DNA from: an uncultured delta proteobacterium
Lineage (GTDB): Bacteria; Myxococcota_A; Polyangia; Polyangiales; Polyangiaceae
DNA: 64,000 nucleotides
Reading direction: 5' to 3'
Assembly: GCA_963841435.1 (NCBI GenBank)
Contig: CAWJCS010000002.1
Span: 1,088,001-1,152,000, forward strand
Shown: in pieces, positions 48,822 through 58,039 of the stretch
How positions within the stretch are numbered: the first letter of the stretch is position 1
How the letters are laid out: each line of letters begins with the position of its first letter
The notes under the pieces: generated by a model
Database searches by the model: none
The model's input: the letters and a program-made list of their open reading frames with translations, nothing else
Told to the model about the DNA's origin: nothing
Program-made: the position numbers and the translations under genes

Positions 48822-50159
48822 ATGAAGGAGCTCCAAATCTCGGGATCGTTGAGGCACCTGGCAAGCGTGGGTATCCTCGCCGCAGGCTGTGGCGCGCCGC
48901 AGCCTGCGGAAAGTCCGCCGCCCGTGCCCCCCGAGGTGGGGCCGCCCGCTCCCGTGCTCGCGCCGACGGCGACCGCTGCGCCAGCACCTGCGGTTCCCGC
49001 GGCCGCACCCCTGGCGGGCTCCATCGCCGTCGCCGTGAGCGTGACGAACACGGCCGCGGTGCCGCACGTGCGGGAAACCGTCGCGCTTTCCGCGCTCGAG
49101 CTCGAGAAAGTGGCACCCGGGCTCGAGCTCGACAAGACGCTCGTCGCTGACGCCCAGGGCAACGAAGTGCTCTCGCAGGTCGTGCACGGTGTCGACGGCG
49201 CTCCGGGCGAGCTCGTGTTCCAGACCGACCTCGCGCCGAGCGCGCAGCAAAGCTTCACGGTGCGCATCGGGGAGCGCAAGCCCGCGAAGGCCGGCGACTA
49301 CAAGGTCTACGGTCGCTTCGTGCGCGAGCGGCACGACGACTTTGCCTGGGAAAACGATTTGGTGGCGCACCGCATGTACGGGCCCGACCTGGAGACCACC
49401 AAGAAGGAGCCGCTCGTCTCGAGCGGTATCGACGTGTGGGCGAAGCGCGTTCCACGTCTGCTCGTCAACGAGTGGTACATGACCGACGACTATCATGAGG
49501 ACCACGGCGACGGCGCCGACTTCTATTCCGTCGGCAAGACGCGGGGCTGCGGCGGGCTCGGCATCTGGTCACGCGACAAGCTCATGGTCTCGAGAAACTT
49601 CGTGACCTCGCGCGTGCTCGCGAACGGCCCCCTTCGCCTGGTGTTCGAGCTCGACTACGCCCCCTGGGACGCCGGCGGCACCAAGGTGAGCGAAACCAAG
49701 CGCGTGACGCTCGACGCGGGGACGTTTTTCAATCGCTTCGAGAGCACGTTCACCACCAAGCGCTCACCGCTCAACGTCGCGATCGGCATCTCGAAGCACC
49801 CCGGCGGCGCCGTTCAGATCGACGCCGCGACCGCGTCGATGCGCGTCTGGGAGCCGGTTGACGGCGGCAAGAGCGGCGCTCTCGGCTGCGCCATCGTCCT
49901 CGCACCGGGCAGCACGGGCACCGAAAAGCAGACCGACGACACCTTCCTCCTCGTTACGCAAGCCAAGCCGAAAGAGGCTCTTCGCTACTACGTGGGCTCC
50001 ACGTGGGATCGCGCGGGACACGTCACGAGCGCCGACGCCTGGGCCGGGGAAGTGAAGAAGCTCGCGGCACGCATCGCCGCGCCGCCGCGCGTCGAGCTCA
50101 AGGCGGGGCCCGCGGCTGGGGCAGCGCCGGCCGCGCCGCCGGCCGCGGCCACTCACTAG
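48822..50159 (+). CDS. DUF4861 family lipoprotein
   Basis: Lipobox AAGC; ERHDDFAWENDLVAHRMYGP, SSGIDVW, YH.DHGDG.DFYSVG..GCGG. Confidence 0.82.
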   Translation: MKELQISGSLRHLASVGILAAGCGAPQPAESPPPVPPEVGPPAPVLAPTATAAPAPAVPAAAPLAGSIAVAVSVTNTAAVPHVRETVALSALELEKVAPGLELDKTLVADAQGNEVLSQVVHGVDGAPGELVFQTDLAPSAQQSFTVRIGERKPAKAGDYKVYGRFVRERHDDFAWENDLVAHRMYGPDLETTKKEPLVSSGIDVWAKRVPRLLVNEWYMTDDYHEDHGDGADFYSVGKTRGCGGLGIWSRDKLMVSRNFVTSRVLANGPLRLVFELDYAPWDAGGTKVSETKRVTLDAGTFFNRFESTFTTKRSPLNVAIGISKHPGGAVQIDAATASMRVWEPVDGGKSGALGCAIVLAPGSTGTEKQTDDTFLLVTQAKPKEALRYYVGSTWDRAGHVTSADAWAGEVKKLAARIAAPPRVELKAGPAAGAAPAAPPAAATH

Positions 50160-50178
50160 CTCGGCGAGCGGAGGATCG

Positions 50179-50742
50179 GTGCCTCCATCGACGACCCGAT
50201 CTCGGCAGCGGGGGTCACCTCCGCCGCAGGAAAAGAGCAAAGCCCCGAGCTCCCCCGAGCCCACCTTTCACGAGGTGATGGAGCGCGAGGGCACGCCGCG
50301 CAGCAAGGCAGGCCGACCGCGTGTGCCGCCCCCGAAAAGACACGACCCGGTTCCGTTCGTGCGAGCGGCGCCGAGCTTTCACGTCGAGCACAGCGAGGAC
50401 TGGGTCGAGGGATACCGCAGCGACGCGCCCGCGAGCCTTCGCGCGCGGCTGCGCGCCGCACCGGCCGCATCGCTCGATCTTCACGGCCTCACGACGGCCG
50501 TGGCGCGGCGCCGCCTCGTGGAGTTCGTGAGCGAAAGCTACCGCGCTTCGCACGAGCTCGTGCTCGTCATCGTCGGCAAGGGGCGGCACTCGCCGGGTGG
50601 CGCGCCCGTGCTTCGCGACGCGCTCGCGAGCTGGCTCACGAGCGGTGCCACGGCGGGTTGCGTCCTCGGGTTCCGCACGGCACCTCCCGCGCTCGGCGGG
50701 GCGGGCGGCGTGCTCGTGCTTCTATCGCGCCCGAAGCGCTAG
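50179..50742 (+). CDS. Smr domain protein
   Basis: LDLHGLT, VIVGKGRHS, GGAGGVLV. Confidence 0.85.
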   Translation: MPPSTTRSRQRGSPPPQEKSKAPSSPEPTFHEVMEREGTPRSKAGRPRVPPPKRHDPVPFVRAAPSFHVEHSEDWVEGYRSDAPASLRARLRAAPAASLDLHGLTTAVARRRLVEFVSESYRASHELVLVIVGKGRHSPGGAPVLRDALASWLTSGATAGCVLGFRTAPPALGGAGGVLVLLSRPKR

Positions 50743-50773
50743 CTCCTCGCGTGCCCCCTCGACATCCCCACGA

Positions 50774-51736
50774 TCAGATCCCACCAGCGGGGGAGGTCAG
50801 CGGTTCCGTAGCGCTGACTTCCTCGATCGGTCGAGCGTCAACGACGCCCCACAACAGCGAGCGATCTTCTGCTGCGCGGTTTTCTGAGAGGGCCGCGGCA
50901 GGCTCACTGAAGCTTCGCCGGACGACGATGGCACCCGGACGGGCGGCGTTTCGCACGGCCGCGAGCAAGCGACGGCCGTACGCGTCTTCGGCGCCGTCCA
51001 GGATGTTCGACAACGAAAAGCCCCCGAAGCTGCCGACGGGGCACCGCTCGAGGTACGCCGCCGCGTCCGCGACGACGAGCTCGGGCTCTTTTCCGGGCGG
51101 GACGACCGGCTCGGGGTCGCCCGGCGCTGCGTGACCCGTGAAGAGCTCCCACGCGTAGGGATTGGTCCTGTTCGGGTGCCGTTCGAAGCCGCGCAGCAGT
51201 CGCGCCCTGAGCACGCGGTCGAAGCGCCGCGGCAGGCACCTGAGCAGCGCCGACGAATACCAGCCGGAGAGGGCGAGGGGAGAGAGCAAGAGCGCGAGTC
51301 CCGTCCGAAAACGCCAGGTGTCGAGCTGCTCGCGAAAGTAGCTCGCCTGCGCCACTGGGTCGTCGAGCGACAGGAAGCTCAGCACCTTCAGCCTCGTGAA
51401 GCCGGCGAGCGGCATGAGCGCGCGCAGGTGGCCCATCAGGCGATCGGCGCGCCCCGTCTCGCGGGGCGCACCCTGGAGACGCCGGCGCACGTAGTCGATT
51501 TGCGCCGGGTTGATGTCGCACGCGACGACGTCATGATCGCGACACAGGGCGAGCGCCGTGCAGCCTGCCGACGCGACGCAAAACACGCGCGCGCTCGGAG
51601 CGAAGACCGCGCGCTCGATGGCGCTGTCCTCGTACACTCTGCCGAACAAGAGTTGCTTCGGTGGTGCGCGTTCGCTCAGCCGGCCGGCGCGCCAGGCGCT
51701 CAGCTCCCCGTGATCGCGCGTGGTGTTGCCGCTCAT
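50774..51736 (-). CDS. DUF3419/BtaA-like SAM-dependent protein
   Basis: FGRVYED, VASAGCTAL, DINPAQ, NPY, LSNILD, DRS. Confidence 0.72.
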   Translation of the reverse strand: MSGNTTRDHGELSAWRAGRLSERAPPKQLLFGRVYEDSAIERAVFAPSARVFCVASAGCTALALCRDHDVVACDINPAQIDYVRRRLQGAPRETGRADRLMGHLRALMPLAGFTRLKVLSFLSLDDPVAQASYFREQLDTWRFRTGLALLLSPLALSGWYSSALLRCLPRRFDRVLRARLLRGFERHPNRTNPYAWELFTGHAAPGDPEPVVPPGKEPELVVADAAAYLERCPVGSFGGFSLSNILDGAEDAYGRRLLAAVRNAARPGAIVVRRSFSEPAAALSENRAAEDRSLLWGVVDARPIEEVSATEPLTSPAGGI

Positions 51737-52131
51737 GGCGCCCCGCTCGAGAGCGCGGCCGACACCCAGGCGAGCAGCAGAAAGCAGCCGTTTTTTAGCA
51801 CCATTCCGGCTGGATCGTGGATCTGCCGCCGCGCCCAGAGAATGCCGCCCGAGTTGAGGCTCACGAGTAGGCCGGTCTGAACGACGGCGCACAACCCGGG
51901 CCACACACCGAAAAGGACCCAGAGCCCGAGCGTCGTTTCGAGCGCACCAAGTGCGCGCAAGAAGTGCGCAGACCAGCGCTCGCCCAGGAACGGTACTGCG
52001 CTGACCACCTCACGCTGTCCCGGCTCACGCCCGAGCCATTTGCACCACACCCCCTCGTAGAGCCACACCGCAGAAACGGCGACGCGCAAGACCCAAACGG
52101 GTGGTAGTGGCAACGTGAGGTCAGTTAACAT
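51733..52131 (-). CDS. DoxX-like membrane protein
   Basis: VWLYEGVWCK, LGALE, DPAGMVLKN; stop overlaps the next ATG. Confidence 0.75.
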   Translation of the reverse strand: MLTDLTLPLPPVWVLRVAVSAVWLYEGVWCKWLGREPGQREVVSAVPFLGERWSAHFLRALGALETTLGLWVLFGVWPGLCAVVQTGLLVSLNSGGILWARRQIHDPAGMVLKNGCFLLLAWVSAALSSGAP

Positions 52132-52198
52132 GCGCGCGCCCCACCGGGAACGCTAGGCCGCGAGGTGGAGCGGCGCAACACTCGGAGCAAGAAAGAAG

Positions 52199-52756
52199 AT
52201 GCGGACGGATTCGCCAAGCACCGCGTGGAACGAGCGAGTGACGACGACACGGCGGTTTCTTGCTTCACCCCTCGCCGTTTGGCAATGCCTGATGTTCTAC
52301 GAGGACGTTCCGCGCCGTCCCTGGCCGCTCTTGAGACTCTTGTTGCCGCAGCCACTCCGCAGCGAAGGCGACAAGCTTCGCGTGGGCGGCGACGTTCGCT
52401 GCACCTACGTGAGCGGTGAGCTTCGCAAACGTATCACCGAGGTCGAGCCCGCGCGGCTCCTCCGCTTCGAGGTCATCGAGCAGGCGCTCGGCATCGAGCG
52501 CTACGGCCGCGCCCATCACGGCTCGTACGAGTTCTTTCCCGATCCCGCGGGCGGCACCCGGCTCCTGCTGACGACCGCGTACCGTGGCCGCATGCGGCCG
52601 CGCTTCCTGTGGCGGCTCATCGAGCGCTACCTCTGCCACCGCTTGCATCATCACATCCTCATCGGCATGCAGGAACGGCTCGGCGCCGGAGCGCCCGTGG
52701 CCGGGGTGCTCAACCCCCGAGCCGAGGCAGATGCCGTCGAAGCTCCGAGTCGCTGA
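52199..52756 (+). CDS. SRPBCC-like protein
   Basis: P.AVW, RITEVEPARLLRF, GGTRL..TT.Y, PR.LW. Confidence 0.65.
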   Translation: MRTDSPSTAWNERVTTTRRFLASPLAVWQCLMFYEDVPRRPWPLLRLLLPQPLRSEGDKLRVGGDVRCTYVSGELRKRITEVEPARLLRFEVIEQALGIERYGRAHHGSYEFFPDPAGGTRLLLTTAYRGRMRPRFLWRLIERYLCHRLHHHILIGMQERLGAGAPVAGVLNPRAEADAVEAPSR

Positions 52757-54098
52757 AGGGCGTGGGGCGCTCCTCGCCTTCTGCGTAGACAATGGCGAGG
52801 ATTTCCTCGCGCAGCGAAACGCGCGGGCGGAGCCGCGCAAGCAGCGAAAATAGCCCCCACTGCAGGCGGTTCGCGAACAAGAGCTCCGCCGGCATCGCGA
52901 GCTTGTGCCGGTTCGGATTGTCGCTGACGAGCGCGCGATACGTCATCGCGACGAAAGCCGGCGTGAGACCTGCGGGCTCCGTCGTGAGCCAGGGACGGAT
53001 GAGATAGAGGTACTGCGAGTAGTGCGCTTCGAAGTCGAAGCCGTCGTGCTCGCCCACGAGGCCGATGTCGCGTACGGCGACAGAGAAGGCGTCGAAATCC
53101 CGCTCGAGCGCGCTTCGCAGCATGCGGCGCCAGCTGCCGAGCAAATTGCTCGAAAAGTGCCGTACGCAGCCGAAATCGAGGAAGGCCACGCTGTCGTCGG
53201 AAAACAGGTAGTTGCCGGGATGCGGGTCGCAGTTGAGCGAGCCCATCCGGAAAATCGACGCGAACGCGAAGTAGTGAAGCGCGCGCGCGGCCGCGTCGCG
53301 CTCTTCTTGCGACCCCGCGTTCGTCACCTCCCGAAAGGGGCGGCCATGGATGAACGTCGTCGTGAGCACACGTGCGCTCGAGAACGGCGCCACGACCTCG
53401 GGCACACGAATGCCCGGGGTCCCGCGGAAGAAGCTCGCGAAGGCGGTCTGGTGCGCGGCCTCCTTGCGATAGTCGCACTCGTCGAGGAACCGCTCGCGCA
53501 GCTCCTCCACGAGCGCGCGGCCATCGAGCCCCGGCGCCATGACGGCCGTTAGGTGACGAAGCAGCGCAATGTTTTTCAGATCGCCCTCTACGGCGCGCTC
53601 GATTCCCGGGTAGCGCACCTTCACGGCGACCTCGGTGCCGTCCTTCAGTCGCGCCCGGTGCACCTGCCCGATGCTCGCTGCCGCGACGGGCTCGGCGTCC
53701 CATTCGGCAAACAACGCTTCCGGCGGCTGGCCGAGGTCCTCCTCGAGCGTGCGCACCACGACCTGTGGCGCCATGGGCCGCGAGCGCTGCTGCAGGCGAC
53801 TGAGCGCTGGTTGCCAGCCCGCGGGAGTCTGCAAATCCACGTAGCTCAGCATCTGACCGAGCTTCATCGCGAGGCCCTTCAGATCCCCGAGCGCAAGCGC
53901 GAGGCCCTCGCCGGCCGCCGCGTCCGCTCGGGCGGCGCCCCTCTCGCCCCAAAAGAGCCGCCGCCCCGCCGACCGCCCCGCCGCGCCCAACAGCGCGCGC
54001 CCCAGCTTCAACCCGCGCGACAGGCTCCCCTCCGGCACCGCCTCGAGCGAATCGAGGGCGCCGCCGAGAGCGTCCTCGTCGTGCTCGTCTTCTGCCAT
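52710..54098 (-). CDS. AarF/UbiB/ABC1 family atypical kinase
   Basis: KGLAMKLGQMLS, AAASIGQVH, VAVKVRYPG, ECDY, DPHPGNY, LDFG. Confidence 0.92.
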   Translation of the reverse strand: MAEDEHDEDALGGALDSLEAVPEGSLSRGLKLGRALLGAAGRSAGRRLFWGERGAARADAAAGEGLALALGDLKGLAMKLGQMLSYVDLQTPAGWQPALSRLQQRSRPMAPQVVVRTLEEDLGQPPEALFAEWDAEPVAAASIGQVHRARLKDGTEVAVKVRYPGIERAVEGDLKNIALLRHLTAVMAPGLDGRALVEELRERFLDECDYRKEAAHQTAFASFFRGTPGIRVPEVVAPFSSARVLTTTFIHGRPFREVTNAGSQEERDAAARALHYFAFASIFRMGSLNCDPHPGNYLFSDDSVAFLDFGCVRHFSSNLLGSWRRMLRSALERDFDAFSVAVRDIGLVGEHDGFDFEAHYSQYLYLIRPWLTTEPAGLTPAFVAMTYRALVSDNPNRHKLAMPAELLFANRLQWGLFSLLARLRPRVSLREEILAIVYAEGEERPTPFSDSELRRHLPRLGG

Positions 54099-54189
54099 GC
54101 CGGCTGCTTGCTCTTTGGAGCATGCGGAGAAGCGACGCAAGCTCCACCGCCCGGCGGGGGCGACGCCGGGGCTGCTACGCTCGGTCGGC

Positions 54190-54876
54190 ATGAGCGGGGA
54201 ACGAGCGCGGCACGGGCCACGAATTCGAGGCGCACTTGGCGACGCGCTTCGCTTGCTCACGTTTCGAAGCACGCGTGAAGAGTTGCTCGCGCTCGACGGT
54301 GCGCACCTGGCGGTCGGCCTTTCGGCGACGTGGCTCGTGGGCGTGGGGCGCCACTGGCACGACCCCTACGCGTCGTGGTTGGAGCGCGGGGGGCTCGCTT
54401 CGCTGCTCTATCTCGGCGCGCTCTCGGTGTTCTTGTGGCTTCTCTATCTGCCGCTGCGCCCCGCAGCGTGGGGCTTGTGGCGGACGCTCACGTTCCTCGG
54501 CTTGGTGTCGCCGGTCGCGCTCCTCCAGGCGGTCCCCGTCGAGTATTTCGTAGGCTACTCGAGCGCGCTGCGCCTCGGCGCCTGGGTCCTCATCGTCGTC
54601 ATCGCCTGGCGGGTGGCCTTGCTGCTTTGGTTTCTGGTGCGGGCGGCGGGGCTTCGTCCGCTCGAAGCGCTCGCTTCGATCCTGCTGCCGGTCGACGTGA
54701 TCGAGATCCTGCTCGCGCACTTCGACGTGCGCCACGAAATCGACCGTTTCGTGAACCAATCCCGCTCGCTGGATGTCCTCGCGGCGATCGCGACCCTTTC
54801 GCTGCCGCTACCGCTGCTCGCGTACGTCGTGGTCGTCTTGGTCCGGCTCATCGAGCGCCGCCGGAGCTCGGCCTGA
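54190..54876 (+). CDS. Hypothetical membrane protein
   Basis: About six hydrophobic helices; TWLVGVGRHW, PVE, AWRV. Confidence 0.7.
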   Translation: MSGERARHGPRIRGALGDALRLLTFRSTREELLALDGAHLAVGLSATWLVGVGRHWHDPYASWLERGGLASLLYLGALSVFLWLLYLPLRPAAWGLWRTLTFLGLVSPVALLQAVPVEYFVGYSSALRLGAWVLIVVIAWRVALLLWFLVRAAGLRPLEALASILLPVDVIEILLAHFDVRHEIDRFVNQSRSLDVLAAIATLSLPLPLLAYVVVVLVRLIERRRSSA

Positions 54877-54961
54877 GCAGCGCCTTCGTGGTGGCTGCTC
54901 GTCTGGGCCGGGGCGGGGAGTGCGTCGAGCCGTCCGGCAAGCCGGGAACGGGGCCGCGGCG

Positions 54962-56266
54962 TCAGCGCTCGATCTTGAGCACGCGATCGTTCTCGGAGTC
55001 CGAGATGTAGATGACGCCGGTCAGGTCCACGAACGTGCCGTGAGGCCGGCGAAGCTCGGCGAGCGTCGGATCGCCCCCCAGCATGCCCGTCCCGGCGACC
55101 CCGTTGCCCACCAGCGTCGTCAGCGTGTCGTTCGCCACGTCGTACTTGCGGAGCAAGAACAGCTCCGTGTCCGCGATGATCACGTTGTCCTCGAGATCGA
55201 TGGCAAGGTGCTTCGGATCGCTCACCACGTTGAGCGTCGCCGGCATGTCGGTCACGCTGCCCTGCGCGTCCACCACCTGCAGGGAATCCCCGTTCGGCCG
55301 ATTCTTCACGGCGTAGAGCGTGCCCTTCGAGTCGAGCGCGATCACGCGCGCCGCCGGGTACGCGATCGCAGGCTTTTCGCTCATGGCCTCGAGATCGATC
55401 ACGCGAATGTCGTTCGGCGCGGTGAAGTAGAGGTCGGTCCCCGACGGCGAGAACCCCAGGCAATAGACGCGCGTTTCGCCCGGAAACGGCGCTCCGCTGC
55501 CCGCAAACGTCGCCACCTCCCCGGTGTTCGCGTCCATGCGATACACGTTGCCGTTCATCGTGTCGGCAATGAACAGGATGCGCGTCCCCGGTTGGAACAA
55601 CAGGTCGTGCGGCTGGTTCAGCACGATGTTGCCGGGCGCGCCCGGCGCACCAGGTCCGACCACGGTCGTGATCACCCCATCGGCATCGATGTGTCGGATC
55701 TTCCCGGTGTCAACCTCCGCAATGTAAACGTCCCCGGTCATCGGATCGACGACCGCGCCGTACGGATTTTGCACCGCCGCTTCCGTCGCGAGCGAGCCGT
55801 CGCCACCCATGCCCGTCCCTGCCACGAGCACGATCCTCGGCTCACCCGGCGGACCGCCCGCGCTCCCCGCCGCGCCCGCGTCACCCGCCGTCCCCGTGCC
55901 CGATTGCCCGCCGCTCCCCGCGCCGCCGTCTCCCGCGCCCGCACCGCCCGCCCCGCTCGCGCCCGCACCGCCCGCCCCGCTCGCGCCCGCCGCCCCGCTC
56001 GTCCCCGCCGCTCCTTTTGCCCCCATGCCGCCCATCGAAGCACCGGAAGCCCCGCTCGCCCCCGAATCATCCGAGCCACCCCCGCCGCCTGCCCCGGCTC
56101 CCGCATTCGCCGCGCCCGAAACCGAGGGCCCGGCGACACCCGCCGCACCGCCCGCCCCCGCGCCACCCGTCGCCCCCGCCGCCGGCCGACCCTCGTCCCC
56201 TGCGCACGCGCTCAAAAGCAACATCGCGACGATCGGCGTCGCAAAGTGCGTCCATCGCGCCGTCAC
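54962..56266 (-). CDS. NHL-repeat lipoprotein with Gly-rich linker
   Basis: Lipobox LSAC; GDG..ATEA, YIAE, IADT, YISDSENDRV repeats; start uncertain. Confidence 0.82.
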   Translation of the reverse strand: MTARWTHFATPIVAMLLLSACAGDEGRPAAGATGGAGAGGAAGVAGPSVSGAANAGAGAGGGGGSDDSGASGASGASMGGMGAKGAAGTSGAAGASGAGGAGASGAGGAGAGDGGAGSGGQSGTGTAGDAGAAGSAGGPPGEPRIVLVAGTGMGGDGSLATEAAVQNPYGAVVDPMTGDVYIAEVDTGKIRHIDADGVITTVVGPGAPGAPGNIVLNQPHDLLFQPGTRILFIADTMNGNVYRMDANTGEVATFAGSGAPFPGETRVYCLGFSPSGTDLYFTAPNDIRVIDLEAMSEKPAIAYPAARVIALDSKGTLYAVKNRPNGDSLQVVDAQGSVTDMPATLNVVSDPKHLAIDLEDNVIIADTELFLLRKYDVANDTLTTLVGNGVAGTGMLGGDPTLAELRRPHGTFVDLTGVIYISDSENDRVLKIER

Positions 56267-56727
56267 GAGCGGGAGACTACCACTCGCTGCGACGGCGTCG
56301 CACACGGAGATGGGCACCTCGGCCTATTGGCGAAGCCACGACCGCGGCGTAGATGACGCGTGCCGGCGTGTGAGGCACAGGCGCGTTCACTCGTGCAGTG
56401 CACGCTCGAAAGTTCGGATGTCATGAAAGCGAAGCACCCGCACCGTCGTGGCTTCGGGCCATCTTGCACTCCGCTTGCCAGCGCGCTCTCGTCGATCGGG
56501 TGCAGCCCTTCCGACGCTGGTGGTGATGCGCCCGGCGCCGGCGTGAGCATCACGTTCTGCGAGCGTCCGTGATGCAGTGGGTGTCGCGGCGCGCGCTCGG
56601 TGCTTTTCGCCCGAAATTTGCCGTCGGAACGCAAGCGCGACGCCGCGCGACACCACCCGGAGCCGCGACTTCGACTGGCGGGTCACTTCCGTGGCCCACT
56701 TTCCAGCGGGGGTGCGACTGCGGCTCG

Positions 56728-58032
56728 ATGAGAACCGAGCAGCCGTCGCGTGGGCTCTTGCTGACTTTGGTGCTGGGCATCGCCCTCACCGCTTGCAACG
56801 GTTCGGACGGCGAGACCGGGGGCACGGGTGGTGACTCGACGCCGTCGGGCGGCGCGGGAACGGGCGGCACCGGGGGCATGCTGGGTGGCGGGAGCGGAGG
56901 AACCTCGGCGGCGGGTGGTGGTGCCACCGGTGGCTCCAATCCCGGTGGCGCTGGGAGCGGCGGAGCCAGCGGAGACAACACCGGTGGCACGGGCGCCGGG
57001 AGTGGTGGCAGCGCAGGCGCGCTGCCGATGGCGGGCAATGGGGGAGCAGGCGAAGGAAACACCGGAGGCGCGGGTGCCGGCATGGGGGGCAGCGCGGGCA
57101 CGCTGCCGATGGCGGGCAATGGGGGAGCAGGCGAAGGAAACACCGGAGGCATGGGCGCCGGCACGGGCGGTAGCGCCGGTTCGATGGCGGGCAGCGCGGG
57201 AGCCTTCACGGGCACGTGCACCGACTCGAAACCGACCGGGACGAACGCTTCAGGGACCGGGCCCCATGACGTGATCGTCGAAACGAATTCCGACCCCGGC
57301 ATCAAGGAAGGCACCATCTTCCGCCCCGCGGATTTGGGTGGAGCGGAGAAATATCCGATCTTCGTCTGGGGTGAGGGCGGTTGCTCGCAAAACGGACTCT
57401 CGAACGCCACGGCGATGGCCGAGATCGCCTCGCACGGATACTTCGTCGTTGCGGATGGCACACCGAACGGCAGCGGCAATCGCACCATGGACCGTTCGAA
57501 GCTCGCGGAGATGGGCGCGCCGCTGGTCGCGTACATCGACTGGGCCATCGCCGAGAACGAGAAGCCCTGCAGCGCGTACTACCAAAGCCTCGACACCGCG
57601 AAGGTCGCTTCCAACGGCTTTTCGTGCGGTGGCCTGATGTCCCAAGGCACCGTCTTGGACCCTCGCATCGTGACTTGGGGTGTCACGAGCAGCGGCATGG
57701 CCGGCGCGAACCAGGATTTTTACGACCTGATTCACACGCCGGTGCTCTTCGTCGAGGGTGGCACGGGCGACGTCGCGTACGACGGTGGCAAGGAAGGCTA
57801 CCAGGCCACTAGCAAGCTGACCGTCCCGGTGCTGTGGTTCAGCAAGGACCTCGGCCACGGTGGCGATCTCTTCCAGCGCGACGGCGGCGACTTCACCAAG
57901 CTGAACCTCGCGTGGCTCAACTGGTGGCTGAAGGGCGACGAAACCGCGACCGGCAAGGGCCTGCTCGTCGGCGCCGGCTGCACTTACTGCAGCGACAGCG
58001 CGTGGGAAGTCATGTCGGCGAACGTTCCGTAG
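56728..58032 (+). CDS. Alpha/beta-hydrolase lipoprotein with Gly-rich linker
   Basis: Lipobox LTAC; YPIFVWGEG, IASHGYFV, GFSCGG nucleophile elbow, candidate Asp (GDVAY) and His (GHGG). Confidence 0.82.
   Translation: MRTEQPSRGLLLTLVLGIALTACNGSDGETGGTGGDSTPSGGAGTGGTGGMLGGGSGGTSAAGGGATGGSNPGGAGSGGASGDNTGGTGAGSGGSAGALPMAGNGGAGEGNTGGAGAGMGGSAGTLPMAGNGGAGEGNTGGMGAGTGGSAGSMAGSAGAFTGTCTDSKPTGTNASGTGPHDVIVETNSDPGIKEGTIFRPADLGGAEKYPIFVWGEGGCSQNGLSNATAMAEIASHGYFVVADGTPNGSGNRTMDRSKLAEMGAPLVAYIDWAIAENEKPCSAYYQSLDTAKVASNGFSCGGLMSQGTVLDPRIVTWGVTSSGMAGANQDFYDLIHTPVLFVEGGTGDVAYDGGKEGYQATSKLTVPVLWFSKDLGHGGDLFQRDGGDFTKLNLAWLNWWLKGDETATGKGLLVGAGCTYCSDSAWEVMSANVP
57020..57150 (+). repeat. Exact 50 bp direct repeat (81 bp period) in linker
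   Basis: cgctgccgatggcgggcaat...accggaggc at 57020-57069 and 57101-57150, encoding LPMAGNGGAGEGNTGG twice. Confidence 0.8.
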
Positions 58033-58039
58033 GCGTCGC

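Noticed and set aside
56728-58032. Alpha/beta hydrolase as a PETase/cutinase
   Set aside because: The fold is plausible, but GFSCGG differs from the GxSMG of PETases and substrate cannot be inferred by eye
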